A stretch of DNA of 64,000 bases, taken from assembly GCA_964587735.1 (NCBI GenBank), contig CAZPMB010000001.1, positions 15,464 through 79,463 on the forward strand, read 5' to 3'. Positions within the stretch are counted from its first letter, which is position 1; each line of letters opens with the position of its first letter. The stretch comes from an uncultured Candidatus Bathyarchaeia archaeon. Its GTDB lineage: Archaea; Thermoproteota; Bathyarchaeia; TCS64. The notes under the pieces were generated by a model, which was not told the origin of the DNA, made no database searches, and saw only the letters and a list, made by a program, of their open reading frames with translations. The position numbers and the translations under genes are program-made. Positions 18,000 through 27,910 of the stretch are shown one piece after another.

Positions 18000-19112
18000 A
18001 TGTGTCAACACCGAGCTCATTGTGGTAATAAGTTACAAATGGATTCCTCATTTGGCTTTGAGGGTTCACAGTATCTGATGGGATTCCTTCACTGCTTATT
18101 TATAGCTCTGCTCTCGCTTGCCACATGGTTCTGCTTCAATGCCCTTAACCCTGTGTTCTTAGCCTTCATTTACGGGGTAATTATCACCAACGTTGTGAGG
18201 GCCCCCCGAAGCCTTACCCCTGGAATTAACTTCTGTGCCCATCAGTTAATGGAGGGCGTTGTTGCCATCCTTGGCTTCGTTGTAACCTTCAGAAGATTTG
18301 ACCTGACCGTCTTTGGGGTTCTCAACTCCGCATTAATCATCTTCCTGACTCTATTTCTTTCACATCGGCTTGGCAAGGAAATTGGCTTGAGCGAAAACCT
18401 AGCGACGCTGATCGGGGTTGGAACGTCGATCTGTGGCACTTCTGCCATAGCCGTTACCTCCATAAAAATGGACGCAAGCGAAGAAGAGACAAGGGTCGCC
18501 ATTGGTTGTACAACCATCCTTGGCTTGATCCTCACGATCGTTTATGCCCTGTTATTTTTATACACACCACTGAGTCTCTGGTTGAACGGAGACCCAGATG
18601 CTTATGCCCTGTGGGTCGGTACCAGCACTCATGAGATACAAAATGTAATTGCCATCGCGAGTATCCTTGGGTCCAATGCGTTTGGATTCGCAATATTGAT
18701 AAAAATATTTAGAATATTGATGCTCGGACCGGCCAGTTATTTTATTGTCCATTTTCTAGGTCGGAAGAAAGGAGCAGAATCGAAGGGGCAGACTGTGGCA
18801 TCCTATCTGCCCTTGTATAGCTTATTGTTTTTAACTAGCGCCCTCGCTCACGCCTTCATCGATGTTTACGCAACCGAGTTGGGAAGATTTGGAGCTTTAT
18901 GGGGCGGGTTTGAAGATTCGCTGCAAAAGGCAGTCCTGCCCCTCCTTCTTTCTGTAGCTTTGGCTGGGGCCGGATCATCGGTTAAAATATCTGATCTCCG
19001 TAAAATGGGAAGGAAAACTCTGTCCTTCTCGGCTCTCCTTGCTTTGATAGGAGGATCGATTTCCCTGGCTCTCACATATGCTGTATCTAATGTGCTGAAT
19101 GTATTTATTTAG
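18000..19112 (+). CDS. YeiH/UPF0324 family membrane protein (putative sulfate exporter family transporter)
   Basis: Polytopic membrane protein. GVGTSICGTSAIAV and WVGTSTHEIQNV match the YeiH signature segments GAGSSICGAAAV / GSTVHEVAQV. Start uncertain (18000 or 18042). Confidence 0.7.
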   Translation: MCQHRAHCGNKLQMDSSFGFEGSQYLMGFLHCLFIALLSLATWFCFNALNPVFLAFIYGVIITNVVRAPRSLTPGINFCAHQLMEGVVAILGFVVTFRRFDLTVFGVLNSALIIFLTLFLSHRLGKEIGLSENLATLIGVGTSICGTSAIAVTSIKMDASEEETRVAIGCTTILGLILTIVYALLFLYTPLSLWLNGDPDAYALWVGTSTHEIQNVIAIASILGSNAFGFAILIKIFRILMLGPASYFIVHFLGRKKGAESKGQTVASYLPLYSLLFLTSALAHAFIDVYATELGRFGALWGGFEDSLQKAVLPLLLSVALAGAGSSVKISDLRKMGRKTLSFSALLALIGGSISLALTYAVSNVLNVFI

Positions 19113-19164
19113 AAGATAAATCTGGAGACCTATTCAACAGATACAAGAATATAAAGTTAAACCA

Positions 19165-19728
19165 TTACGCTGTGGGGGTTACGGTCTCCTTTTTTATCGG
19201 CATCCCGAATATTTTTCGGACCGGCTCATTTTTGGTGCTTGAGTTGTAGCTAAACTTGACCTCCTTTACGGAGTCGCTCCTCATAGTCTCAGCCGTATCG
19301 AGATCCGGTTTTTCATTTATCGCCATTTGCTCTTCTCTCTCCGCCCTTAATTCCTCAGTCCTTTTCTGGAGGACAAGGTGGTAATCCTCGAGGCTCTTGT
19401 CGGGCTTATTTGGACTTGTCAAAGCGAGTTCCGCGTCAATAATCAGCCTTGGCGTCGTTTGCGAATCGAACCTCGCCCTAATTTCGTGTGACCTCCTTCG
19501 CAGTATCCGATGGTAGTCCTCGACGTCATCTTTCTCAGGGAGCTTGTTATACATCTTCAAGTAGTTGATGTCGAACTGGGAATAGATGCTGCCTATGAAA
19601 AATCCCAGCGACGCGTCTTCCTTTGAGGACACTGACAGGTCGAGCATATCAACGAGTCTCTTTATTTTCCCTATCTCGCAGTCCTCCAACTTCGAATCGA
19701 TGTACTGCTCGCACACCCCACGTAGCAA
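19165..19728 (-). CDS. Hypothetical protein with an internal duplicated segment
   Basis: 187 aa. Repeats EDYHRILRRRSHEIRARF / EDYHLVLQKRTEELRAER; charged and likely coiled-coil. Confidence 0.4.
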   Translation of the reverse strand: MLRGVCEQYIDSKLEDCEIGKIKRLVDMLDLSVSSKEDASLGFFIGSIYSQFDINYLKMYNKLPEKDDVEDYHRILRRRSHEIRARFDSQTTPRLIIDAELALTSPNKPDKSLEDYHLVLQKRTEELRAEREEQMAINEKPDLDTAETMRSDSVKEVKFSYNSSTKNEPVRKIFGMPIKKETVTPTA

Positions 19729-19928
19729 CGGATCCGTAGAGACCCCACCTAACTGGCTCTTTCGGAAAATGGAGTGATTATATTTATAGTGGTTATGTAT
19801 CAGTGATACATTTCACATTTTTCAGGAGGCGCCTTATTCAGGTTATTAGATCATCTTCATAGCTCCGCGTCGCCTGTGAACCATATATAAGCGAAGCAGT
19901 TCCTCATACTTTGCGTGGTCTGCTGGCC

Positions 19929-20720
19929 ATGGCGTTAAAAAAGGACTCGCCAAGGATCGTCTTGGATAGACCAAACATCGATGAGGCATATCATGCCGTA
20001 AAGGCAGGGATATCGGGGCACAAGACCGTCGTAATCATCGGCAAGTGCAGCGTGGACTACGAAGGGAGGGCAAGCTCAAGATTGGAGTCTGGAGAGAGGA
20101 TAGTCCTTTTCAAGCCCGATGGCTCCGCCCTAGTCCACAGGCCAAGAGACTATGCCCCGGTCAACTGGCAGCCGCCTGGTTCCCTGTTCAGGACGAGGTT
20201 AGACGAGGGCCAGCTTCAGGTCAGAGTATTCAGGAGAAAAGAGAATGAGATTCTGAGTGCGAGATTCGAGGAAATCACCCTCGTCGCCGTGTTGGATCTC
20301 AGAGACAAGGGCGAATTCTACCTCTATGCAAGCGAGGAGGATATGAAACGAGCTATCTTAGCTGAGCCGTCACTTTTGGAGGAGGGATTTAGGCCGTTGA
20401 CCGCTGAGAGGCCGGTGGAGCCAGGCTTCATTGACATCCTCGGCTTCGACAGAGCAAACACACTAATGGTGGTGGAGATCAAGAGAAAGGCAGCTACGAA
20501 AGAGGCGGTAAAACAGCTCAGAAGGTATGTTGATTTCTTCACAGCTGGTTCCGAGCAGAAGGTAAGGGGAATCCTAGTCGCCCCAGATCTAGCTCGAGGA
20601 GCACAGCGTTTGCTGGCGTCTTTGGGCCTGGAGTTCAAAGCGTTGTCGCCACAGAGATGTGCTGAGACACTGAGAAAGACTAGGGGTAAACCGTTGACTG
20701 AGTTCTTCGTTCATCAATAA
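19929..20720 (+). CDS. nucS: Endonuclease NucS (EndoMS, mismatch-specific)
   Basis: N-terminal dimerisation/ssDNA domain plus a C-terminal RecB-like nuclease with GFIDILGFD...MVVEIKRK (D-x-E-x-K). ATG at 19929 chosen over the TTG at 19911. Confidence 0.75.
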   Translation: MALKKDSPRIVLDRPNIDEAYHAVKAGISGHKTVVIIGKCSVDYEGRASSRLESGERIVLFKPDGSALVHRPRDYAPVNWQPPGSLFRTRLDEGQLQVRVFRRKENEILSARFEEITLVAVLDLRDKGEFYLYASEEDMKRAILAEPSLLEEGFRPLTAERPVEPGFIDILGFDRANTLMVVEIKRKAATKEAVKQLRRYVDFFTAGSEQKVRGILVAPDLARGAQRLLASLGLEFKALSPQRCAETLRKTRGKPLTEFFVHQ

Positions 20721-20776
20721 TGAAATGGTCATAAATTAAATACGGTATCGCCTGTGATCTTCATGGAGTCGTATAA

Positions 20777-21895
20777 ATGAAGGTAGATCCGTTTCTAGTC
20801 GAGAAATGGTTGAACAAGCATGAGCTTGATGTCGAGATCAACATCTCAGAGACCTGCGTCGACCCATTCACGCTCGGAGAGTTCTTGAGCCTCACAGACA
20901 GAGAAGGCTTCTTCGAGGATTTCTCGAATACCAAGCTTACATATGGACACATACCCGGATCACCGAGTCTACGGGAGGGGTTGGCTGGGCTCTATGGGAA
21001 CATGGGGCCCGAGAACATACTTGTAGCGGGCGGTGCAATTAGTGCAAACTTTCTGGTGTTTTACAGCTTGGTCGAGCCCGGTGATTCTGTGATCTCTGTT
21101 CATCCCACTTACCAGCAGTTGTATAGCGTTGCAAAGTCATTCGATGCCAACGTGAAATTGTTGAGGTTGAGGATGCGTGACGGCTGGCTACCAAGGATCG
21201 ACGAGCTCGCGGGCTTGGTCGACGACAGGACAAAGCTCATCGTCATCAACAACCCAAACAATCCCACGGGTAGCCTAATTGGAACCGAGACCCTACATGC
21301 TATCGCAGAAATAGCGGAAGATTCAGGAGCCTATCTTTTGGATGACGAGTCCTATCGTGGCCTCTACGTTGATCCTGATGAATCTGTCCCCTCAGTCGTC
21401 GAGCTGAGCGACAGGGGGATAGCTACGGGGTCCTTCTCAAAGACTTTCTCCTTGACGGGCCTTCGACTTGGATGGATCGCAGCTGATAAGCCTATCATGA
21501 AGGAGTTTGAGGACAGAAGGGATTACACCACGATCAGCAACGGGATGATAGACGATGCCATTGCTTCAATAGCGGTCGAGAACGTGAACCTGATACTGAA
21601 GCGCAACCTGGGTATCATACGCACTAATTACCGGATCCTTTCTGAATGGGTAGAGGACGAGCCGCTCATCGAGTGGGTCCCTCCGAGGGCGGGTACATTA
21701 GCCTTCCTGAAATACAAGTTAGACATGCCATCCGAGGATCTCTGCAGACGCCTTCTAGAAGAGAAAAGTGTTCTGCTTGTGCCCGGCTCTTGCTTCGATA
21801 TGGAGAGATTTCTACGGATCGGCTTCGGCAACAACACAGGTGTCCTCAAGGAAGGCTTATCACGATTTAAAGAGTTCTTAGACCATTACAGATAG
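20777..21895 (+). CDS. PLP-dependent aminotransferase class I/II
   Basis: 372 aa with NNPNNPTG and SFSKTFSLTGLRLGW (PLP-lysine motif). Confidence 0.8.
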   Translation: MKVDPFLVEKWLNKHELDVEINISETCVDPFTLGEFLSLTDREGFFEDFSNTKLTYGHIPGSPSLREGLAGLYGNMGPENILVAGGAISANFLVFYSLVEPGDSVISVHPTYQQLYSVAKSFDANVKLLRLRMRDGWLPRIDELAGLVDDRTKLIVINNPNNPTGSLIGTETLHAIAEIAEDSGAYLLDDESYRGLYVDPDESVPSVVELSDRGIATGSFSKTFSLTGLRLGWIAADKPIMKEFEDRRDYTTISNGMIDDAIASIAVENVNLILKRNLGIIRTNYRILSEWVEDEPLIEWVPPRAGTLAFLKYKLDMPSEDLCRRLLEEKSVLLVPGSCFDMERFLRIGFGNNTGVLKEGLSRFKEFLDHYR

Positions 21896-22064
21896 TACTC
21901 AATTCTTATTTCTTAATCTCTTAGGAGCTGAATCATATCTTCGTTTTCTCTGCTATTTTCCCGGTTTGAAATTATGGTAGTATCATTAAAGACATTTTTT
22001 ACAAGCTCAAGGGAAAAATTTAATATTCAGAAAATTTCTGAATATTAAATCGAGGTCAAATTTA

Positions 22065-22817
22065 TTGAAAAACACGCTTGATGCTGGTCAGGATATCGCT
22101 AAAAATGCTACAGATAAATTATTTGATAGCCACCTTAGGCCTTTGAGAAGCAAGAATGCAAGAACAATTTTTCAAACATTTGTCAATGCGAGAGATGTAA
22201 AATTTCTAACAACACTAGATCTTCAAACAAAACTTGACGAGCTCGGAATATTACTGTCTAAAAAGGAGATCAACGGATGGCTTCGTTCACTCTATGATGC
22301 AGGTTTAATCGCCAAAGAAGAAGACAGAGGGAAACCAACAACATTGGCGTATGATAACAAGTACACATTTGACATGTGGACGTTGACCGTAAAAGGGAAA
22401 GAAATTGCTGAAGGAATAGAAGAATTCTTAAAGGGAAAAACCGAGCCCGTTACGTTCCTCTCAGAAATGAAAATCGAGGAGATTGCTGTCGAGGCCGAGA
22501 AAATAAAGCAGCATATTCTTAGTAAAATAGATGAGTTATACATTCAACTCACTTGCCTTAGAAACCTGCACGTAGTCGATAGGGGTCTAACTATGAACGA
22601 TCTGAGGAGGAGCCTGATGCCTCAAGCCACAATATTTGAGGGAGCCTTCTTGAACTCCTTAAGGCAGGGCTTATTCGTAGAGGTTGATATACCTAAGGCT
22701 AATGGCCTGTTCTCGAGATTATTACATTTCATAGGCAGTTCTCAGAAGAGAGAACTTAGATATCATCTCACAGAAAAAGGAAGGCTTCTGACGGAACAAT
22801 TATGGTCAAAAACATAG
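22065..22817 (+). CDS. Hypothetical protein, likely winged-helix, encoded in a low-GC island
   Basis: 250 aa and AT-rich relative to its neighbours. Start ambiguous (TTG at 22065). wHTH-like segment INGWLRSLYDAGLIAKEED. Confidence 0.4.
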   Translation: MKNTLDAGQDIAKNATDKLFDSHLRPLRSKNARTIFQTFVNARDVKFLTTLDLQTKLDELGILLSKKEINGWLRSLYDAGLIAKEEDRGKPTTLAYDNKYTFDMWTLTVKGKEIAEGIEEFLKGKTEPVTFLSEMKIEEIAVEAEKIKQHILSKIDELYIQLTCLRNLHVVDRGLTMNDLRRSLMPQATIFEGAFLNSLRQGLFVEVDIPKANGLFSRLLHFIGSSQKRELRYHLTEKGRLLTEQLWSKT

Positions 22818-23179
22818 GAGCCCTAATTTCGTTAATAATGGTAGCAAATTTATCCGAATGTAAAGAGGCAATGGGCTCTCTCCTCAAAAATAGACAGAAT
22901 TTACATCCAATGCATTTGCGATTCTTTAATATGACACGGGATTAGTATTTGATACCTATTAATTAGGACGATAAAGAGGTAAATATTTGATAAAAATGGT
23001 GCAATTTTCTCTGCCTATCTTCGACACCTTATGATATACATACCTTCGAATTTTGGGACATTATTTCCAACCAAGTATATTGATTGTACCATCTCTGTGG
23101 CGAAAACAGGTTTCGATTCAATCGGGATGGGGCTTATATTGGCGAAGTTCTCCTGTTCTTAGGGTACTTTGGTTTGACG

Positions 23180-24442
23180 ATGGAGCACGTGATCGTCGAG
23201 GATAAACTTTCGAATGGTATCAGGGTCGTAGTGGAGCCCATGCCCACCAGGAGAGTATTGTCGTTGGGTCTATGGGTGAGGGCAGGATCTAGGGACGAGC
23301 AAGAAAATATCCAAGGCTGCTCGCACCTCATCGAGCACATGGTGTTTAAAGGAACAGAGAAGAGGTCGGCTGAGCAGATCTCCACTGCGATAGAAGAGAG
23401 GGGAGGGTACCTGAACGCCTTCACGGATAGAGACTTAACCTGCTTCACGGCTCAAACCCTCCAAGAGGACGCGGAGCTCGCGATCGATGTACTGTCAGAC
23501 ATGATTCAGGCGCCCCTCTTCCAAGAGGAGGACCTTAAAAGGGAGAAACAGGTGGTGTTGGAAGAGATAAGCAGGAAGGACGACAACCCTGAGCACCTCA
23601 TCGAGGATCTGTCGAACGAAGCTGTTTGGAAAGGTAGTCAAGAGGCCCATTCAATCCTAGGAACAAAAGAATCGATCAATAAAGTATTCAGAAATCAGCT
23701 TGTAGCATACCATAACAACTTTTACACCCCAAATAACATTGTCGTCACAGCCGCAGGTGGCATAGAGCCCGGCAAATTATTCGATACACTGGATAATTAT
23801 TTCATAGACGAGAAAACCGGGCATGTATCAACTCGTAAAAAACCGGTGTTCAAAAGAACCGCAAAGTTCCATGAAAGGGATTCTAGCCAAGTCCAATTGA
23901 GCATAGCCTCTGAGGGATTAGCCTTTAAAGATCGGAAGCGTTATGCCCTCTCGTTGCTGAACTCCTATCTTGGAGTTGGCTCCAGCTCGCAGCTTTTCCT
24001 GAAGGTCAGAGAGAAGGAAGGCCTTGTTTATTCCATCTATACAGACGATAAATCCATGGAGGACTGCGGTCTCTACAGAATATTCGCCGGGACTAACGTA
24101 TCGAATGTGGAGAAGGTCTTCGACATCATACTAAAGGAGTTAGAGCGGCTCCAGAATGAGGGACTCACGGCCAAGGAATTGGAAAAAAACAAACAGAAGA
24201 TGAGGGGAATGCTCGGCCTCAGCTTCGAGAGCGTAAGGACGAGGATGTACCACCTTGGAATGTCCACTTTAAGGCTCGGGAAGCCTCAAACATTCGAAGA
24301 AATCATTGAAAACATGGAGAAGGTTACCCTTGATGAGGTCAATCAGCTGGCTGCCGAAACATTCGATAGACGTAGTTTATCCTATATCACCTTGGGCCTG
24401 CCATGTGAGATTGCCACAAGACTGAAAAAAACCTTATTCTAA
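23180..24442 (+). CDS. M16 (pitrilysin/insulinase) family zinc peptidase
   Basis: HxxEH motif GCSHLIEHMVFKGT plus a downstream E. Start set at MEHVIVEDKLSNGIRVV. Confidence 0.8.
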   Translation: MEHVIVEDKLSNGIRVVVEPMPTRRVLSLGLWVRAGSRDEQENIQGCSHLIEHMVFKGTEKRSAEQISTAIEERGGYLNAFTDRDLTCFTAQTLQEDAELAIDVLSDMIQAPLFQEEDLKREKQVVLEEISRKDDNPEHLIEDLSNEAVWKGSQEAHSILGTKESINKVFRNQLVAYHNNFYTPNNIVVTAAGGIEPGKLFDTLDNYFIDEKTGHVSTRKKPVFKRTAKFHERDSSQVQLSIASEGLAFKDRKRYALSLLNSYLGVGSSSQLFLKVREKEGLVYSIYTDDKSMEDCGLYRIFAGTNVSNVEKVFDIILKELERLQNEGLTAKELEKNKQKMRGMLGLSFESVRTRMYHLGMSTLRLGKPQTFEEIIENMEKVTLDEVNQLAAETFDRRSLSYITLGLPCEIATRLKKTLF

Positions 24443-25215
24443 ACTATTTTGTACGGCTCGGCGGTGTTCCACAGTTGTTCGAAGTAGATCTTAGCTATCA
24501 TAGTCAAACCCACATGGTCCGACCAGATCGCAATGCTCTGCTCCTCAGCCACGCTCCTTCCTAGAAATAGGAGAGACTCCTTGCCATCGACCACAACTCC
24601 TCCTCCGAACATCTCCTGCCTTACCCTTATCTCCGCAAATTGGGCGATATATCTCTCCAAAGAGACGATGAGATCCTTTGTCGTTAGAAGACGGATATAG
24701 ACCCTTTTATCACGCAGGAGTTCAAGAGATGGTAGCATCATAGGCGTGAGCTCAGGTGGGATCTCTGGGAGGGCCACCATGAGCTCCCTCTGCACCTTCT
24801 GGGAGATCTCCTTGAGGGTTGAGGCTATATTCTCCATGCCCCTTATAATCCAGATCTCGGGCTTCTCCTTGACACCCCTCCTCTCATAAAGGGGCTGCAG
24901 CTCTGATACAACAACCTCCCTGAACTGCTCGAACCGATTCTCTTTTCGCAATCTCTCTGACTCAAGGGCCTCAACTGGTGGCCTGGGATAATACAGCCTT
25001 GGACGCCCACCCCTAATCTCGACCCACCCTTTCTGATCGAGGCTGTCGAGAACACTGTAGACCTTGGAATATGGTATGGAAGTCTGCTCGCTCACCTGGC
25101 CGGCTGTGAGCTCCCCGGACTTAACTAAGGCAACATAAGCCAAGCCCTCGTACTCCGTGAGCCCGATCTCCTTTAGGGACCTTTCCACCTTCGTGCTCAA
25201 CGGCGGTTCGGGCAA
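24439..25215 (-). CDS. TrmB-family transcriptional regulator
   Basis: N-terminal wHTH LTEYEGLAYVALVKSGELTAGQVSEQTSIPYSKVYSVLDSLDQKGWV plus the TrmB C-terminal domain. Divergent from the radical SAM gene. Confidence 0.7.
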   Translation of the reverse strand: MPEPPLSTKVERSLKEIGLTEYEGLAYVALVKSGELTAGQVSEQTSIPYSKVYSVLDSLDQKGWVEIRGGRPRLYYPRPPVEALESERLRKENRFEQFREVVVSELQPLYERRGVKEKPEIWIIRGMENIASTLKEISQKVQRELMVALPEIPPELTPMMLPSLELLRDKRVYIRLLTTKDLIVSLERYIAQFAEIRVRQEMFGGGVVVDGKESLLFLGRSVAEEQSIAIWSDHVGLTMIAKIYFEQLWNTAEPYKIV

Positions 25216-25278
25216 CCCGTACCCCTCAGCTTAGTAACACCCTTAGACAAATTTACCTCTATCTGCTGTTACAGACCG

Positions 25279-26886
25279 ATGTTCACCAAACAAGGGGGGA
25301 TAATTGAAAGAAGCTTAAATAATTCCCGATCAGATGAACATTTTACAAGTTGGCCTCGAGGTGATCGGTTGAGGGAGATCAAGCAAACGGAAAGCCTGTG
25401 CCCTGAATGTCTGAAAGTACTATCAGCCACGATATTCGAGGACAATGGAAGGGTATACATGCGTAAGGTGTGCCTCGAGCACGGGGAGTACACCGATCTT
25501 TATTGGGACAGCTACGAGGACTACGAAAGGGCGCTACGTTTCGATCACCTTGGTACGAAGCTCAACAATCCGAGGACCAAGGTGAAGAAGGGCTGCCCCT
25601 TCGACTGCGGCATATGCCCCGAGCACAAGTCCCACACGGTCCTAGCCATCGTGGACGTCACCAACAGGTGCAATCTCAGGTGCCCAATATGCTTTGCTCA
25701 TGCAGGGGCCGCTGGTTACCTTTACGAGCCAACAGTCGAAGAGATAAGGGGCATGCTAGGGAATCTGATGGCGAATGATCCGGTCCCCCCTCCGGCCCTT
25801 CAGTTCAGTGGCGGCGAGCCCACCGTGCGGGATGACCTCCCGAACCTCGTGAGAATGGCAAGGGAAATGGGCTTCTTCCACATCGAAGTCAACTCGAATG
25901 GAATAAGGATGGCGGAGAGCGTCGACTACTGTAAGGCACTCAAGGACGCAGGGGTCAGCACGGTCTACCTACAGTTTGACTGCGTTACCGCTGAGCCGTA
26001 CATCGTTGCAAGGGGGCACAACCTTCTACCAATAAAGCTGAAGGCCCTTGAGAACCTCAAGGAAGCCGGCTTCCGGAGCGTCGTGCTCGTGCCCGTGCTC
26101 GTCAGAGGGGTAAACGACGACCAGGTAGGAGACATCATACGCTTTGCAATCGAGCACAACGACGTCGTGAGGTGCGTTAACTTCCAACCGGTGGCATTCA
26201 CGGGCCGGATAAACAAAGAGGATAGGGAGAAAATGCGAATTACCATCCCCGACCTTATTCGCTTGGCTGAGGAGCAGACGGACGGGCTCATCAAACGCTC
26301 CGATTGGTATCCAGTCCCATCGGTTGTCCCCTTTGTCGAGTTCATGAGCAATCTGAAGAACCGAAATTACGTGAGCTTCATGGCCCATCCCCACTGCGGC
26401 ATGGCGACATACCTAATAGTAGAAGGTGATAAAGTAAAACCAATCACCCAATACTTCGATGTCGATGGATTCATAGAGGCCCTTGAGATCGCGAACAAGA
26501 GATTGAAGAAGGGGCAAAAAACAAGGGCGAAGATGACTATGGCGTCGGCCGCCCTGAAAAAGATAGACATGGGCATGTTCCGAAAGTACATCCTTCCAGT
26601 TATTACCCGCGGTGACTACGAGAGCCTCAGCGAACTGCACCACAGGGTGATAATGATCGGCTCTATGCATTTCATGGACCCCTACAACTTCGACCTTGAG
26701 AGGGTAAACAGGTGCGTCATACATTATGCGACGCCGGATGGCAAGATCATCCCATTCTGCACAATGAACACATTGCACAGGAAGAATATCGAGAAGAAAT
26801 TCGCACAACCTCTGGACGCCTCCAAGCTCACACCCTTAGCCAATATCGATGAGCTGATGGGAAGGAAAGAAGCGGCTGACGAGTGA
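25279..26886 (+). CDS. Radical SAM enzyme, Tes/GDGT-MAS-like (candidate tetraether lipid synthase)
   Basis: 535 aa. N-terminal Cys cluster CPEC...CLEH, then CPFDCGICPEH and VTNRCNLRCPICFA (two CX3CX2C motifs), then GGEPT. The architecture is like archaeal MJ0619-type radical SAM proteins. Confidence 0.6.
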   Translation: MFTKQGGIIERSLNNSRSDEHFTSWPRGDRLREIKQTESLCPECLKVLSATIFEDNGRVYMRKVCLEHGEYTDLYWDSYEDYERALRFDHLGTKLNNPRTKVKKGCPFDCGICPEHKSHTVLAIVDVTNRCNLRCPICFAHAGAAGYLYEPTVEEIRGMLGNLMANDPVPPPALQFSGGEPTVRDDLPNLVRMAREMGFFHIEVNSNGIRMAESVDYCKALKDAGVSTVYLQFDCVTAEPYIVARGHNLLPIKLKALENLKEAGFRSVVLVPVLVRGVNDDQVGDIIRFAIEHNDVVRCVNFQPVAFTGRINKEDREKMRITIPDLIRLAEEQTDGLIKRSDWYPVPSVVPFVEFMSNLKNRNYVSFMAHPHCGMATYLIVEGDKVKPITQYFDVDGFIEALEIANKRLKKGQKTRAKMTMASAALKKIDMGMFRKYILPVITRGDYESLSELHHRVIMIGSMHFMDPYNFDLERVNRCVIHYATPDGKIIPFCTMNTLHRKNIEKKFAQPLDASKLTPLANIDELMGRKEAADE

Positions 26887-27080
26887 CACCTGAAGTCTAT
26901 GCGATTCTCCCAGACGCGATTGAAAAAAAGGTTTTTCCTACATCGGTAGCAAACATTGGAAAACATTTGATGTATGATTCAAATGTTGCCATGCAACCAT
27001 CCAAAATATTTGGTTATCCCTCTTGGCAGGTGAACCCCAAAAAAAATATTGGAGGCCTAGCAGCGTCTGATAACTTGTTT

Positions 27081-27602
27081 TTAAATTTTTAAACGATTTT
27101 TAATGGCGATAGAGATAACCACACCTATCCCAGAGCCTATCGCCTGTGGAATGTTTATTATTATTTCAGCTGCGGCAGCCTCTACCCCCATGCCTAGGAA
27201 GAAAGCCTCGGCGATAAAATATCCTAATATCAAGACGACGCCACCCGCAAACCAAGCAATTACGGTTCTATATATTGTGCGTTTTTCTGACTTCCCCGCC
27301 AAGTATCCTACAACATACCCCTCAGCGCCTTTAATTATCGTGGTGGGAATGACGAATATCATCCAACCGCCGAGTAGATCCGCAAGGCCGGACCCAAGGC
27401 CTCCGGCGATTGCGCCAATAACTGGTCCAAAGATAAGAGCCGTCGTGACGACAACAGCGTCTCCTAAATTGAAATACCCTCCAGTCGCAGGAAAGGGTAT
27501 CGTGAAGATCATTGTTCCTATGGTTGTTAACGCGCCCATCACCGCAATGGCCGCGATTTCCCGGGTCCCGAAACGACTAATCTCCGTCATAAAACTCACC
27601 AA
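27081..27602 (-). CDS. ECF-transporter S-component-like small membrane protein (ThiW/QueT-like)
   Basis: 173 aa, ~5 transmembrane helices, Gly-rich GGLGSGLADLLGG motif. Confidence 0.5.
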   Translation of the reverse strand: MVSFMTEISRFGTREIAAIAVMGALTTIGTMIFTIPFPATGGYFNLGDAVVVTTALIFGPVIGAIAGGLGSGLADLLGGWMIFVIPTTIIKGAEGYVVGYLAGKSEKRTIYRTVIAWFAGGVVLILGYFIAEAFFLGMGVEAAAAEIIINIPQAIGSGIGVVISIAIKNRLKI

Positions 27603-27910
27603 TCACCTTCATTACATATTCTAAATCTTTGCTGAAACAGCTATGGCGCTTTCCGATGTGCCACTTGCCTAAGACGTATGTGTGTGCCGAACACGCATCG
27701 ACTGCGATATAACTAAACGCGATACCTCCAGCCACAGCAAGCTCAGAATCTGTCTCAGGCATATTACTACTATAGTTATAACTAATATATTTAAAGCCTG
27801 ATGGTTTGTAATGTCATCTGCGTATTCATTTGGGAAGGCAGAAGGTCTTACCTTTTAAAAATCAGAACTTCATTCTCACTGAGGCGAGAATTAGCTTCGA
27901 ACGAGATACG

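Noticed and set aside
19729-19910. Box C/D sRNA candidate in the nucS upstream spacer
   Set aside because: A gtgatac / ttcagg pair is present, but neither matches the RUGAUGA / CUGA consensus, and no terminal stem or guide complementarity was evident.
27103-27624. 173-aa plus-strand ORF antisense to the ECF S-component-like gene
   Set aside because: Pro/Ala/Ile-rich with no motifs. The minus-strand membrane protein has a coherent transmembrane pattern.
27603-27790. Possible TPP riboswitch in the leader of the ThiW/ECF-like gene
   Set aside because: A CUGAGA element is present on the mRNA strand (reverse complement of ~27748-27756). The rest of the THI-box consensus (ACCC...GAACCUGAUC...GCGUAGGGA) is not recognisable. 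It would need an Infernal scan to revive.
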